A stretch of DNA of 64,000 nt from an uncultured Muribaculaceae bacterium. Its GTDB lineage: Bacteria > Bacillota_I > Bacilli_A > RF39 > UBA660. Under the pieces are notes generated by a model. That model was not told the origin of the DNA and did not search any database. It saw only the letters and a program-made list of their open reading frames with translations. This document shows, in pieces, positions 54,538-63,672 of the stretch; position 1 is the first letter of the stretch, and every line of letters begins with the position of its first letter. The translations under genes were made by a program, and so were the position numbers. The stretch lies in assembly GCA_964425325.1 (NCBI GenBank), contig CAYRLX010000003.1, forward strand, positions 30,855 through 94,854, read 5' to 3'.

Positions 54538-54924
54538 TTATTTTATGTCTTTTAATACTTTTTGCCACATCTCTTTTATGTTATCAAATGATAGATTCTC
54601 TTCTACTTTATCTATGTCTACCCATAGTACTTCTTCTGTTTCTCCTTGCTGTGGTTTTGGATTTTTATCATCTAGTACTTTTCCTAAGAAATAAACTACT
54701 TCCTTTTCTATATTTGGCTTTGGACTATAGTAGATAGTATATCTTTTATTTTCATCTAATTGTGCTTTTATATTAGTTTCTTCTTCTATTTCTCTAATAG
54801 CTGTTTCTATTTCTGTCTCATTTTTTTCAACGTGTCCTTTTGGAAATCCAATAAATCCTTTTGTCTGTCTTATCATTAACACTTTTTTATTTTTTATTAT
54901 TATTCCTCCACATGCTTTTTCCAT
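54538..54924 (-). CDS. NUDIX hydrolase
   Basis: 128 aa with the Nudix box 'GFPKGHVEKNETEIETAIREIEEETN'. Confidence 0.88.
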   Translation of the reverse strand: MEKACGGIIIKNKKVLMIRQTKGFIGFPKGHVEKNETEIETAIREIEEETNIKAQLDENKRYTIYYSPKPNIEKEVVYFLGKVLDDKNPKPQQGETEEVLWVDIDKVEENLSFDNIKEMWQKVLKDIK

Positions 54925-54966
54925 ATTTTCCTCTTTTCCACAGTAAAAACACTCTTATTTGAGTGT

Positions 54967-55434
54967 TTATTCTATACATGTAATTTTAACTTGGTATTCA
55001 CCATTTGGACTTGATACTGCTCTTATATCTCCTAGTTTAGCTCCTAAAATTGCTTTAGCAATTGGAGACTCGTTAGATATTTTATTTTCAAATGGATCTG
55101 CTTCTTTAATACCAACTATTGTGTATTTTTCTTTTTCGTTATCATCTACGTATTCGATTTCCACAGTATTTCCTACGCCAACTTCATCTTTTCCTGTGTT
55201 TTTTATAACTATGGCTTTTTCTATTTGTTTTTCTAGTGTAACGATTCTATTTTCTGTATCTGATTGTTCATTTCTAGCAGCATCATATTCAGCGTTTTCA
55301 CTTAGATCACCTAAGGCTCTTGCTTCTTTAAGTGCCTGTATAACTGCAGGTCTTTTTTCCATTTTAAGGTATTCTAACTCTTTTTTCATGTCTTCTAGGC
55401 CTTGCTCTGTTACGTATACTTCATTTTCTGTCAT
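54967..55434 (-). CDS. greA: Transcription elongation factor GreA
   Basis: 'VYVTEQGLEDMKKELEYLK...RPAVIQALKEARALGDLSENAEYDAARNEQ' N-terminal coiled coil and a C-terminal FKBP-like domain. Confidence 0.95.
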   Translation of the reverse strand: MTENEVYVTEQGLEDMKKELEYLKMEKRPAVIQALKEARALGDLSENAEYDAARNEQSDTENRIVTLEKQIEKAIVIKNTGKDEVGVGNTVEIEYVDDNEKEKYTIVGIKEADPFENKISNESPIAKAILGAKLGDIRAVSSPNGEYQVKITCIE

Positions 55435-55479
55435 AATTTTTCACCTCAGCTTTCTAAATATTTTACTCACAAAATATTA

Positions 55480-56679
55480 CTACACATTATTTGATTTGTC
55501 AATACATTTTATCATGTAATTTTTTTCTACTTTTTCGTCTATTTTTATATATACTATTTGCTTTGGATGTCTAACAATATCTATTTTATTCATTTCTTCA
55601 TCATATATGTCTTTTATTTTCATTTTTACTTCTTTATTTGGACCGAATACTTCTATATTATCTCCTTTTTTAAAGTAATTTCTTTGCTGGATTTGTGCTA
55701 GGTGTGTTTTTTCATCATAATCTAGTACTAATCCGATAAAATCTTGATTGGTTATTTCTCTTCTTCCGTTATAATACTGAACGTCTTTTCCATAGTTTCC
55801 ATCGAAAAACTGCGCAATTGAGTCTCTATTTGCGACATCATCTAATGCTACTTGGTATTCTTTTTTGAATTTGTAGTTCTCTTTATCTTTTATATATTCA
55901 TCTATTATTTTCCTATAGGTTTTTACAACTGTTGCTATATAGTATGCTGATCTCATTCTTCCTTCTATTTTTAAGCTATCTACTTCTAGGTTTATTATAT
56001 CTGGTATGTATTTAGCTAAAGATAAATCTTTTGTACAGAATGTAAATGGTTTTTCTCCTTTTAATGTTTTATCTTCTTTATATAAATCAAAGTCCCATCT
56101 ACATATTTGACTGCATCCTCCTCTATTTGAGTCTCTATTTGTAAGGTAGTTTGATAGAACGCATCTTCCACTAAATGATGCACACATGGCTCCATGAATA
56201 AAGGTTTCTATTTCTATGTTAGTACTTTCTTTTATTTCTTTTATGTCTTCTTTTGTGCATTCTCTAGCTAAAACTATTCTTTCAATTCCTTCTTCTTCCC
56301 AAAATTTTACTGCTTTTTTATTTAAAGTAGAGGCTTGGGTTGATAAGTGAACTGGCAATTTTAAGGAAAAAGCATATTTAATGACTGCTGGATCGCTTAC
56401 TATAATTGCATCTACGTTTATTTTTTTTAATTCTTTTAGATATTCTTCTAGTTTATTTAATTCTTTACCGTGCATGACAATATTTACAGTAACATATACT
56501 TTTTTATTATTTTTATGAGCGTAATTTACGCCTTCTTTTAGCTCTTCTAATGTAAAGTTAGGGGTATTTGCCCTTAGGTTAAATAATCCTCCTACGTATA
56601 CTGCGTCAGCTCCATAATCTAGAGCTATTTTTAATCTTTCTAAGTCTCCTGCTGGAGCAAGTAGTTCTGGTTTTTTCAT
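55480..56679 (-). CDS. U32 family peptidase (YrrO/TrhP-like)
   Basis: 'MKKPELLAPAGDLERLKIALDYGADAVYVGG', 'IEGRMRSAYYIA' and the Cys cluster 'HGAMCASFSGRCVLSN' are typical of U32. The gene order relative to the yrr operon is conserved. Confidence 0.88.
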   Translation of the reverse strand: MKKPELLAPAGDLERLKIALDYGADAVYVGGLFNLRANTPNFTLEELKEGVNYAHKNNKKVYVTVNIVMHGKELNKLEEYLKELKKINVDAIIVSDPAVIKYAFSLKLPVHLSTQASTLNKKAVKFWEEEGIERIVLARECTKEDIKEIKESTNIEIETFIHGAMCASFSGRCVLSNYLTNRDSNRGGCSQICRWDFDLYKEDKTLKGEKPFTFCTKDLSLAKYIPDIINLEVDSLKIEGRMRSAYYIATVVKTYRKIIDEYIKDKENYKFKKEYQVALDDVANRDSIAQFFDGNYGKDVQYYNGRREITNQDFIGLVLDYDEKTHLAQIQQRNYFKKGDNIEVFGPNKEVKMKIKDIYDEEMNKIDIVRHPKQIVYIKIDEKVEKNYMIKCIDKSNNV

Positions 56680-56680
56680 A

Positions 56681-57454
56681 TTACTTCACCTTATATATCG
56701 TTTCTTTATGTAAAAATCCTGTTTCTTCTTTTTCTGTATTATTAATCAATATTTGTTTAATTTTTTCTTCATCTATCATATTAGAGTTATATATGTAATA
56801 GTCTACATCAATATTTTCTTTTATATTTAAAATATAGTCTGTATATACTGTGGTTCCATTTTTTTCATCATTTATATTATAGTATTTGTCTTCTTTATAT
56901 ATTTTGTTTCCTTTTTCTTTTATATTAAATGTTTCTAAATAATTATCTACTAGGTGTCTTTTAGATGTAAACATCGGAATGTATCCATAAACATTTATCA
57001 TTAATTTAGCCTTAGTATTTTTTCTTATTTCTTCTATTTCATTTTTTGTTATTTCTGATGAAAGGTAGGCATATTTGGCTCCTCTTTCATACCAATAGTT
57101 TACTGATGAGTAGTTAGTGGCTAAGTGTTCTTGATTCCAAACTAAATCTGTTTTTAAATTTAGTTCTTTTTTTAGCTCTACTATAGCAATGTCATAGAAT
57201 ATTATTCCTTGAAGATTTAATTTATCTATTTCTTTTAAAACTTCTTCTAATTTATTTAGTTCTTTATTTTCAATGTTTTTATTTATTATTACAAAGACTT
57301 CTTTATTTAATTTTTGAATTTCTTTTATTTCTTCTATGGTAAATGTACTAGTATAGTTTATACTTAGGTCTTTTAATGGGATTAAGTATGCATCTATATA
57401 ATCTTTTATTTCTTTTGCCTCTTTTATATTTGATATTATTACTCCTTTTTTCAT
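56681..57454 (-). CDS. U32 family peptidase-like protein (YrrN/TrhP partner-like, divergent)
   Basis: It sits directly upstream of the YrrO-like gene (2-nt gap). The TIM-barrel-like alternating pattern and 'GYIPMFTSKRHLV' fit. CCGGAGGAA RBS before the ATG at 57454. Confidence 0.65.
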   Translation of the reverse strand: MKKGVIISNIKEAKEIKDYIDAYLIPLKDLSINYTSTFTIEEIKEIQKLNKEVFVIINKNIENKELNKLEEVLKEIDKLNLQGIIFYDIAIVELKKELNLKTDLVWNQEHLATNYSSVNYWYERGAKYAYLSSEITKNEIEEIRKNTKAKLMINVYGYIPMFTSKRHLVDNYLETFNIKEKGNKIYKEDKYYNINDEKNGTTVYTDYILNIKENIDVDYYIYNSNMIDEEKIKQILINNTEKEETGFLHKETIYKVK

Positions 57455-57582
57455 AGTATTCCTCCGGTTATTCATTATAACAAATTATTTAAAATAATAC
57501 AAAAAATCTAGTTATTATACTAGATTTAGGTGTGTTTTAATTTAGTAAAATATTAAGCTAAAATATTATATTATTAATAATT

Positions 57583-58782
57583 TTATTTTTGAACACAATA
57601 TGAATTACCTTTTGAAACAATGTAACATAAGTTACTATTTTGTTCTAGAATATATATATATCCAGTTGAATCAGCACCTAATGATGCGTATCCACCGCCG
57701 GACCAGCATGTAGCACTAGTTGTAAATCTACAACCGTATATTTTTCCACCACTAATACTATACTGTCCTAAATTATAATAGTTTTGAAAGTCTTTAATTA
57801 TCACTGTATTTTGTTCAAATGAAGTACCATTATCTCCACCTTTTAAACAATGCTCAGAATTATTGTAAACAAAACATACATATGAAGTAGTCACTACATC
57901 TTCTACTATTTCATGTTTTAAATAATATGCTTTATTTAATGTGCTTGCATCTTCTGTATAAGATCCTAATCCTTTTTCTTTTGTTTGACAGTTCCATCCA
58001 GATGGTAAATTAAAACTTTCATAGTTTGTTTGGCATTCTGCCTCTGAGTTATAAACATCACTAACTGCATGTATTACTTCTGTAGATGAATTGGCTATTA
58101 CCCATACTGATCCTGTATCATTTATATTATCTCCTGTAGAAATAACATTATTGTTGTTTCTATATACTGTTCCTGTATATGTCGTTGTCATTCCATCTGT
58201 TCCTGTTCCTTGCTCTGCGTTTATTTTAACATTAAGCGATTGTACTTCTCCACTATATACTCCTGTTACATCAGTAGTATTTTGGAATCTGGCAACCACT
58301 CTCATTGTAGTCTCCCCGTCAACTGCAAGATTAGTTGTTTCTGGCATATGAACAATGAATTCTATATTTCCTTTTTTTATAGTTGTATCTGTTGTTACAT
58401 TATTATTTTCAACAAGTATAGATTTTATCGCAACTGGTACAGTAGATTTATTTTTTATTGTAAGAGTATATTCTATTTGATCTCCTGGTTGTTTAAATGT
58501 AGCCGTAAGTGATGCATCTGGCTGATACTTAGTTTCACAAGTATTTCCTGAGAAAGTAATGCTTCCTGTTGGAGTTGTAGCTCCTGTTATTCCTGCTTTT
58601 GCTGTATAATCAGTAGTTTTTGTATTATCAAATCCTACACACCATGAGTTTGAAATATTGGCTGTACCGTTAATTGTAAGTAATTGACTAAATGCTGCAT
58701 ATCCTACTCCCATAACTACAAGTATCATGCATAATCCAATAATTATATAATTTCTTTTATCAGTTTTTATTTTAAGATTCAT
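57583..58782 (-). CDS. Secreted/anchored Cys-rich protein, paralog B (TasA/SipW-like signal)
   Basis: 399 aa with 'KRNYIIIGLCMILVVMGVGYAAFSQLLTINGTANI' and 'KQPGDQIEYTLTIKNKSTV'. The 44-aa block 'LGSYTEDASTLNKAYYLKHEIVEDVVTTSYVCFVYNNSEHCLKG' is 40/44 identical to paralog A. Confidence 0.8.
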   Translation of the reverse strand: MNLKIKTDKRNYIIIGLCMILVVMGVGYAAFSQLLTINGTANISNSWCVGFDNTKTTDYTAKAGITGATTPTGSITFSGNTCETKYQPDASLTATFKQPGDQIEYTLTIKNKSTVPVAIKSILVENNNVTTDTTIKKGNIEFIVHMPETTNLAVDGETTMRVVARFQNTTDVTGVYSGEVQSLNVKINAEQGTGTDGMTTTYTGTVYRNNNNVISTGDNINDTGSVWVIANSSTEVIHAVSDVYNSEAECQTNYESFNLPSGWNCQTKEKGLGSYTEDASTLNKAYYLKHEIVEDVVTTSYVCFVYNNSEHCLKGGDNGTSFEQNTVIIKDFQNYYNLGQYSISGGKIYGCRFTTSATCWSGGGYASLGADSTGYIYILEQNSNLCYIVSKGNSYCVQK

Positions 58783-58852
58783 CTTTCAGCCTTCTTTCTA
58801 TTTTATTTTAATTTTACCAAAATTTTTAGAAATTTAAAAGATTTTTACTAAT

Positions 58853-58874
58853 AAAAAAAACCTCTTATGAGGTT
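58853..58874 (-). terminator. Intrinsic terminator after the DUF975 gene
   Basis: AACCTC-TTAT-GAGGTT hairpin overlapping the stop codon, followed on the minus strand by T8. This implies paralog B has its own promoter (a TGgTAAAAT-like -10 near 58815). Confidence 0.7.
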
Positions 58875-59598
58875 ATTTTTCACTTTTACTTTCTTTTTTT
58901 TCTAGTTTTACTAGTTCTTCATACATGATTACATTAGATACCATGATATGTGGTCCTACCCATAATAATAGTATACCAAATGTCATTATTCCAAGTATTA
59001 TCCATCCAATAAAGCTTAGTATGTAAATAATATAATCTAATCTATGCTTTTCCATTAAATCCATACTTCTATTTAGTATATCTAATATAGGCATATTTTC
59101 ATTTTCATATAAAATATAGTAGCTTTGTGAAAATGAAATCATCAAAGCAATATAGAAAGTTGCGATAGCTGCACATAGTAGGATGCCAATTAATAACATT
59201 GTTCCTGATATTAATGGACTCATATCGGTCTGATATACAGTAAATGTAGTTAGTGATTTAAATGAAATATACTCTAATACTATACATAGTAGTGTGAATG
59301 TTGTAATTATTATAGTAATAGCTATAGTCTTCCAAAATAAGTCTGTTCTACCAAATAGATCACTTAATTTTGCTTTTTTTCCTTTAGCTATTTTTATAGA
59401 TATTTCAAGTAATCCCATATATAATAATCCTGTAATAATCAAATCAAAGAATATTGACATATTTTCATTATAAATAAGACATGAAACACCTTTAAATATT
59501 CCTATTATAAGTGCATAAATAAGTGTGGCTAGTATTAGTAAGATATAATTCCCTTCTAGTTTTTTTCGCGCTTTTTCCTTTATTTTTCCTATGTTCAT
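58873..59598 (-). CDS. DUF975 family integral membrane protein
   Basis: 'IGKIKEKARKKLEGNYILLILATLIYALI' N-terminus and about 6 TM helices are typical of DUF975. Confidence 0.6.
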   Translation of the reverse strand: MNIGKIKEKARKKLEGNYILLILATLIYALIIGIFKGVSCLIYNENMSIFFDLIITGLLYMGLLEISIKIAKGKKAKLSDLFGRTDLFWKTIAITIIITTFTLLCIVLEYISFKSLTTFTVYQTDMSPLISGTMLLIGILLCAAIATFYIALMISFSQSYYILYENENMPILDILNRSMDLMEKHRLDYIIYILSFIGWIILGIMTFGILLLWVGPHIMVSNVIMYEELVKLEKKESKSEK

Positions 59599-59640
59599 TT
59601 TTTCATACCCCTTTTCTATTATACATTATATCATATTTTT

Positions 59641-60228
59641 TTAATTTTTATTTATTTTTTTACTTACTGATATTCCATCGCCATTTTCGTAGAAGACTGT
59701 CGTATATTCTTCATTATTTTTTAGAAATTCTTTGTATTTATTAATTTTTTTAACTAGGGCTTTTAAGTTTTTACTTTTTATTTTATCTACTTCTTTTGTT
59801 AGTCCATGAAAGTTTAAATTATCTGTAATAATACTGCCATTATCATTTAAATTATTTTTAAATTTCTCAAAGAATTTTATGCTTTGAGCTTTAGCTGCAT
59901 CTATAAATATTAAATCATATTTATCTTTTATTTCTATATCTAAGGCATCTTTTAATATTATTTCAATTTGATTATTTAAGTGTAATTTATCTATATTTTT
60001 TATAGCTTCTTTGTATCTTTCTTCGTCTCTTTCTATTGTGGTTATTTTTATATTTTTATCTATTAATGCCATTTTAATTGCAGAATATCCAATTGCTGAA
60101 CCTATTTCTAATATTTTTTTTATATTGTTTTCTTTTATATACTCTTCTAAAAATTTTATTCCATCTTTTTGCATTATTGGAATATTATTATCTTTAGCGT
60201 ATTTTTCTATTTCTTCTAAGCTGCCCAT
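59641..60228 (-). CDS. Class I SAM-dependent O-methyltransferase (YrrM/TrmR-like)
   Basis: 'ILEIGSAIGYSAI' SAM motif and 'DLIFIDAAK'. The position between mltG and the U32 genes matches B. subtilis yrrM. Confidence 0.8.
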   Translation of the reverse strand: MGSLEEIEKYAKDNNIPIMQKDGIKFLEEYIKENNIKKILEIGSAIGYSAIKMALIDKNIKITTIERDEERYKEAIKNIDKLHLNNQIEIILKDALDIEIKDKYDLIFIDAAKAQSIKFFEKFKNNLNDNGSIITDNLNFHGLTKEVDKIKSKNLKALVKKINKYKEFLKNNEEYTTVFYENGDGISVSKKINKN

Positions 60229-61301
60229 TTACCCTCTTTTTTTAGTTTAGCAATTGTTTGATTATGCTCATTTATCGTCTTATTAAAGTATACTTTTTTA
60301 CTTGTGTCAGCAACAAAATAATAGTAATCATTTTGTGTTGGATTTAAAGCTGCTTCTATTGATGTTAGGCTTGGATTTGCGATTGGTCCTACTGGGAGTC
60401 CTTTCATTGTTAGACACCTTGTATTATAACCATTACATTCTGTAAGTTCTTCTTTTGTTAAACTCTCTTTTAAAGTTTTTTTCGCAGCATAATATGTCGT
60501 TACATCACTACCTAGGGACATATTTATTTTTAGTCTATTATAGAATACTCCGGCCACAAGAGCTCTATCTTCTTTAGTTACAGCTTCTTGCTCTACTAGT
60601 GATGCTAGAGTTAGTATTTGATGTATGGTCATTTCATTACTATCAATTTGTTCTTTATATTTACTGATTTTGTTGTTTGTGTTGTCAAGCATTTTTTTAA
60701 TTATTTTTTCTGAGGATAACTCTTTCTTTTCAAACTCATATGTGTCTGGGAATAAGTATCCTTCTAATGGATAATATATTTTCTCATTATATATATCATC
60801 TGTTAGGAACCAATAGTCTTTTTGTATACTCTTTATATAATCTTTATCTGATACTTTATTTATAAATTCTTCTGATTTAATATTTGTTTTTTCTTCGATA
60901 ATTTGCGCAATACCTCTTATGTTTAGTCCTTCTCTAAATGTTATTTTAATTGAATCAATTTTTTGGTTTTTACTATCACTCAATATTTCTACTATTTCTT
61001 TTATGCCCATAGTTTCATTTAATTCATAGTCACCTATTGTAAGTCCGTTTGGCTTTGCTATTTTTAGATATATCTTATAAAATAATTCTGATTTTATTAA
61101 ATTATTTTTCTTAAGTTTCTCCGATATATTATAGAAATTATCTCCTTTTTCTATGTTTATTAGTTTTACATTTGTCTTTGTACTTACTGGTCCTATTTCA
61201 TAAAAATATATTCCTATGACTGTAGATATTAGTATAATTATTAAGAATAATAAAAAGAGTAAGAATTTTCTTACTGAAAATTTTCTTACTGTTTTTTTCA
61301 T
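60216..61301 (-). CDS. mltG: Endolytic murein transglycosylase MltG (YceG-like)
   Basis: N-terminal TM, LysM-like fold region and the catalytic region 'ILTLASLVEQEA...VAGVFYNRL...LGSDVTTYY...YNTR...GLPVGPIANP'. Confidence 0.92.
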   Translation of the reverse strand: MKKTVRKFSVRKFLLFLLFLIIILISTVIGIYFYEIGPVSTKTNVKLINIEKGDNFYNISEKLKKNNLIKSELFYKIYLKIAKPNGLTIGDYELNETMGIKEIVEILSDSKNQKIDSIKITFREGLNIRGIAQIIEEKTNIKSEEFINKVSDKDYIKSIQKDYWFLTDDIYNEKIYYPLEGYLFPDTYEFEKKELSSEKIIKKMLDNTNNKISKYKEQIDSNEMTIHQILTLASLVEQEAVTKEDRALVAGVFYNRLKINMSLGSDVTTYYAAKKTLKESLTKEELTECNGYNTRCLTMKGLPVGPIANPSLTSIEAALNPTQNDYYYFVADTSKKVYFNKTINEHNQTIAKLKKEGKWAA

Positions 61302-61310
61302 AGTTATATC

Positions 61311-61649
61311 CTATTCGTTATTTTCAGCAGGACTACTAGCTGATTCAATTTGGGCTTGCATTTCATTTAAAATTGTTTCAATTATTTTCCACTCTTTATC
61401 TGTTTCAATTGGTTTTAAAGGTAGTGCGGCAAATTCATTATTTTCGTCGGATTTTAAATCTTCTGGATTATAAATAGATGCATACACCTTTGTATTTCCT
61501 TCATCATCAATAGAATGGTCTGTATAAACTATATAATGTTTTTTAGTCTCTGGAGACTCAAATAAGAATAGTGCTTCACAATCTAATTGTCTTCCTTCAT
61601 CATCAATTGCTTTAAATTTTACAACGTTTTCGTTTTCCATATTTTTCAC
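61311..61649 (-). CDS. DUF1292 (YrzB-like) protein
   Basis: 'DDEGRQLDCEALFLFESPETKKHYIVYTD...VYASIY' fits the DUF1292 pattern. It lies between ruvX and mltG as in Bacillus. Confidence 0.8.
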   Translation of the reverse strand: MKNMENENVVKFKAIDDEGRQLDCEALFLFESPETKKHYIVYTDHSIDDEGNTKVYASIYNPEDLKSDENNEFAALPLKPIETDKEWKIIETILNEMQAQIESASSPAENNE

Positions 61650-62065
61650 CCTTTCTCTTTGTCTAAATATGTCTGTAAAATAATGTTAGCAGCAAGACTA
61701 TCAATTTTCTTTTTTCTTTTTTTTCTAGACATGTCTGCTTTAATCATATAACCCGAAGCTTCTTTTGTAGAAAGTCGTTCATCTTGAAGTTCTACTTTTA
61801 TTTTGAATTTTTTTTCTAATTTTTCTTTAAATTCTTCTGTTTCTAAAGCTCTAGGTCCAATAGAACCATTCATGTTTTTAGGATACCCTAATATGAATTT
61901 TTCGATTGGTTCTTTCTCCAAAATAGTGGCTAGTTCATCTAAAGCTTTTTCGTAATTTTTTTCTTCAAAATGAACTGTACCGTAGGTAGTTGCTACTGTC
62001 TTTGTTAAATCTGATATAGATATTCCTAGTGACCTTGTTCCTAAATCAAGTCCTAAGTATTTCAA
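61646..62065 (-). CDS. ruvX: Holliday junction resolvase-like nuclease RuvX (YqgF)
   Basis: 'YLGLDLGTRSLGISISD', 'ILGYPKNMNGSIGPRA' and 'VELQDERLSTKEA' are canonical YqgF motifs. Confidence 0.92.
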   Translation of the reverse strand: MKYLGLDLGTRSLGISISDLTKTVATTYGTVHFEEKNYEKALDELATILEKEPIEKFILGYPKNMNGSIGPRALETEEFKEKLEKKFKIKVELQDERLSTKEASGYMIKADMSRKKRKKKIDSLAANIILQTYLDKEKG

Positions 62066-62126
62066 TTTACCACCTCTATTTATGTACGGTTAAATTATAA
62101 CATTTATTTTTTATTTTGTATAGTCC

Positions 62127-62540
62127 CTAATATTTAAGTGTTTTTTGATTATTATTTAGCCAATCATTTTCACTTATTATTTCTTCTTTTATATTATTTA
62201 AAATACGTATTTTCGTATTTCTATTAATGTTTTTTATTAAATTATAATTTCTAATAACTATGCTTGCGAATAGTATGAGCATCGTTATTGCTGAGTATTC
62301 ATCACTAGGAGTAGTAATTCCTACGATGTCAGTTAAAGCTGTTAGAAAGCAGCTTATTTCTGTACCGATAACTAGACCTATTATTTTGTCTGATCTATTT
62401 CTATCTATTATTAATTTATCTATGCTGCTATTTAATATTTTTAAATCATTTTTTATTATTTCTCGGTACTGAGGACTTTTTTTTATTTCTTCAATTTCTT
62501 CTTCTGTTAAGGGTTCATTGTTATTACTATAGATTTTCAT
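62127..62540 (-). CDS. Hypothetical membrane protein
   Basis: GGAGAAAC RBS before the ATG at 62540. Acidic N-terminus and two central hydrophobic helices. No family recognised. Confidence 0.5.
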   Translation of the reverse strand: MKIYSNNNEPLTEEEIEEIKKSPQYREIIKNDLKILNSSIDKLIIDRNRSDKIIGLVIGTEISCFLTALTDIVGITTPSDEYSAITMLILFASIVIRNYNLIKNINRNTKIRILNNIKEEIISENDWLNNNQKTLKY

Positions 62541-62719
62541 AGTGTTTCTCCTTTTTTTGTGTATTTTATCATTTTTTTCTTTTTTATACAATACTATTTT
62601 TATAAGTAATATTCTCCAAAGATTTCCATTATTTTTAAATGTGTAAATCGTGCTATGTTAGTTTTAATCATTTATGGACTTTACTTAAGCAATTTGATAC
62701 AATATTTTTGGTGAAGTAT

Positions 62720-63664
62720 ATGAAGAAAAGAAAACTTAAAAAAAAGCCAATTATTGTATTATGTATTACTATAATTTGCTTTTTTGCAGTTATTTTATCG
62801 ATAAATTTAATTAAACACTACACTAGCTTTGAATACAAGCTTGGTAAGATTGGTTATAGTGAAAATGAGATTAATAGTATATTAAAAGGTGATAGAAAAT
62901 ATTTAAACTATGCTTTGAAAAATGATTATGATAAATATCTTGTGTCTTTAACTAGACAAAAATATTTTATTTGGAAAAATTTTAAAAAATATAAGTCATA
63001 CATTGGTAGTAATTATAAAAATTCTAAGGTGGATTATAATAATGTTATTGTTAAAGTTAACACTAAAACTAATTATGATTATTATACTCATACTTCTTTG
63101 ACAAATATGGATCTTGAGTATGGAATTTTAGTTAATAAGTACTACTCTCTTCCTGAAAAGTATGCCCCTGATGATATTGTTAATATGAGCAGTCAATATG
63201 CTTATCCTAATAATAGTATTAGAAAAGATGTATATGAAGCTTTTAAAGAAATGGCTGATAGCGCTAAAAAGGATGGTATTACTTTAATAGTAAATTCTTC
63301 TTATAGAGACTATGGAACACAAAAGGAGATATATGATGATTATGCGGATAAAAATGGTAAGGAATATGCGGATAAGTATGCCGCTAGACCTGACTATTCG
63401 GAACATCAAACTGGTCTTGCATTAGATATTTTCACTCCTGGTGCTGGAATGAAAACTTTTGAAAACACAGATGCCTCTAAATGGCTTGTGAATAATGCTT
63501 ATAAATATGGTTTTATATTAAGGTATCCTGCCGAGAAGGAAGATATTACTGGATATTCTTATGAATCATGGCATTATAGGTATTTAGGAAGAGAACTTGC
63601 TAAAAAGGTATATGAAAGTGGGCTTACTTTTGATGAGTATTATGCATTTTATTTAGAAAAGTAG
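62720..63664 (+). CDS. VanY-type D-alanyl-D-alanine carboxypeptidase (peptidase M15B)
   Basis: N-terminal TM. 'SSYRDYGTQ', 'SEHQTGLALD' and 'ESWHYRYLG' are the M15 zinc-ligand/catalytic motifs. GGTGAAG RBS before the ATG at 62720. Confidence 0.88.
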   Translation: MKKRKLKKKPIIVLCITIICFFAVILSINLIKHYTSFEYKLGKIGYSENEINSILKGDRKYLNYALKNDYDKYLVSLTRQKYFIWKNFKKYKSYIGSNYKNSKVDYNNVIVKVNTKTNYDYYTHTSLTNMDLEYGILVNKYYSLPEKYAPDDIVNMSSQYAYPNNSIRKDVYEAFKEMADSAKKDGITLIVNSSYRDYGTQKEIYDDYADKNGKEYADKYAARPDYSEHQTGLALDIFTPGAGMKTFENTDASKWLVNNAYKYGFILRYPAEKEDITGYSYESWHYRYLGRELAKKVYESGLTFDEYYAFYLEK

Positions 63665-63672
63665 GTATATTT

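Noticed and set aside
54959-55519. 186-aa plus-strand ORF
   Set aside because: It is entirely antisense to greA and the 3' end of the U32 gene, S/F/L-rich, with no RBS or recognisable motif. It is a shadow ORF.
45624-58782. The two ~1.2-kb paralogous genes as boundaries of a composite mobile element or genomic island
   Set aside because: The intervening ~10.8 kb encodes essential core genes in conserved order (yutD-yunB, rny, glyQS, greA, U32 pair). No mobility genes are present. The repeats are diverged coding paralogs, not IS-like termini.
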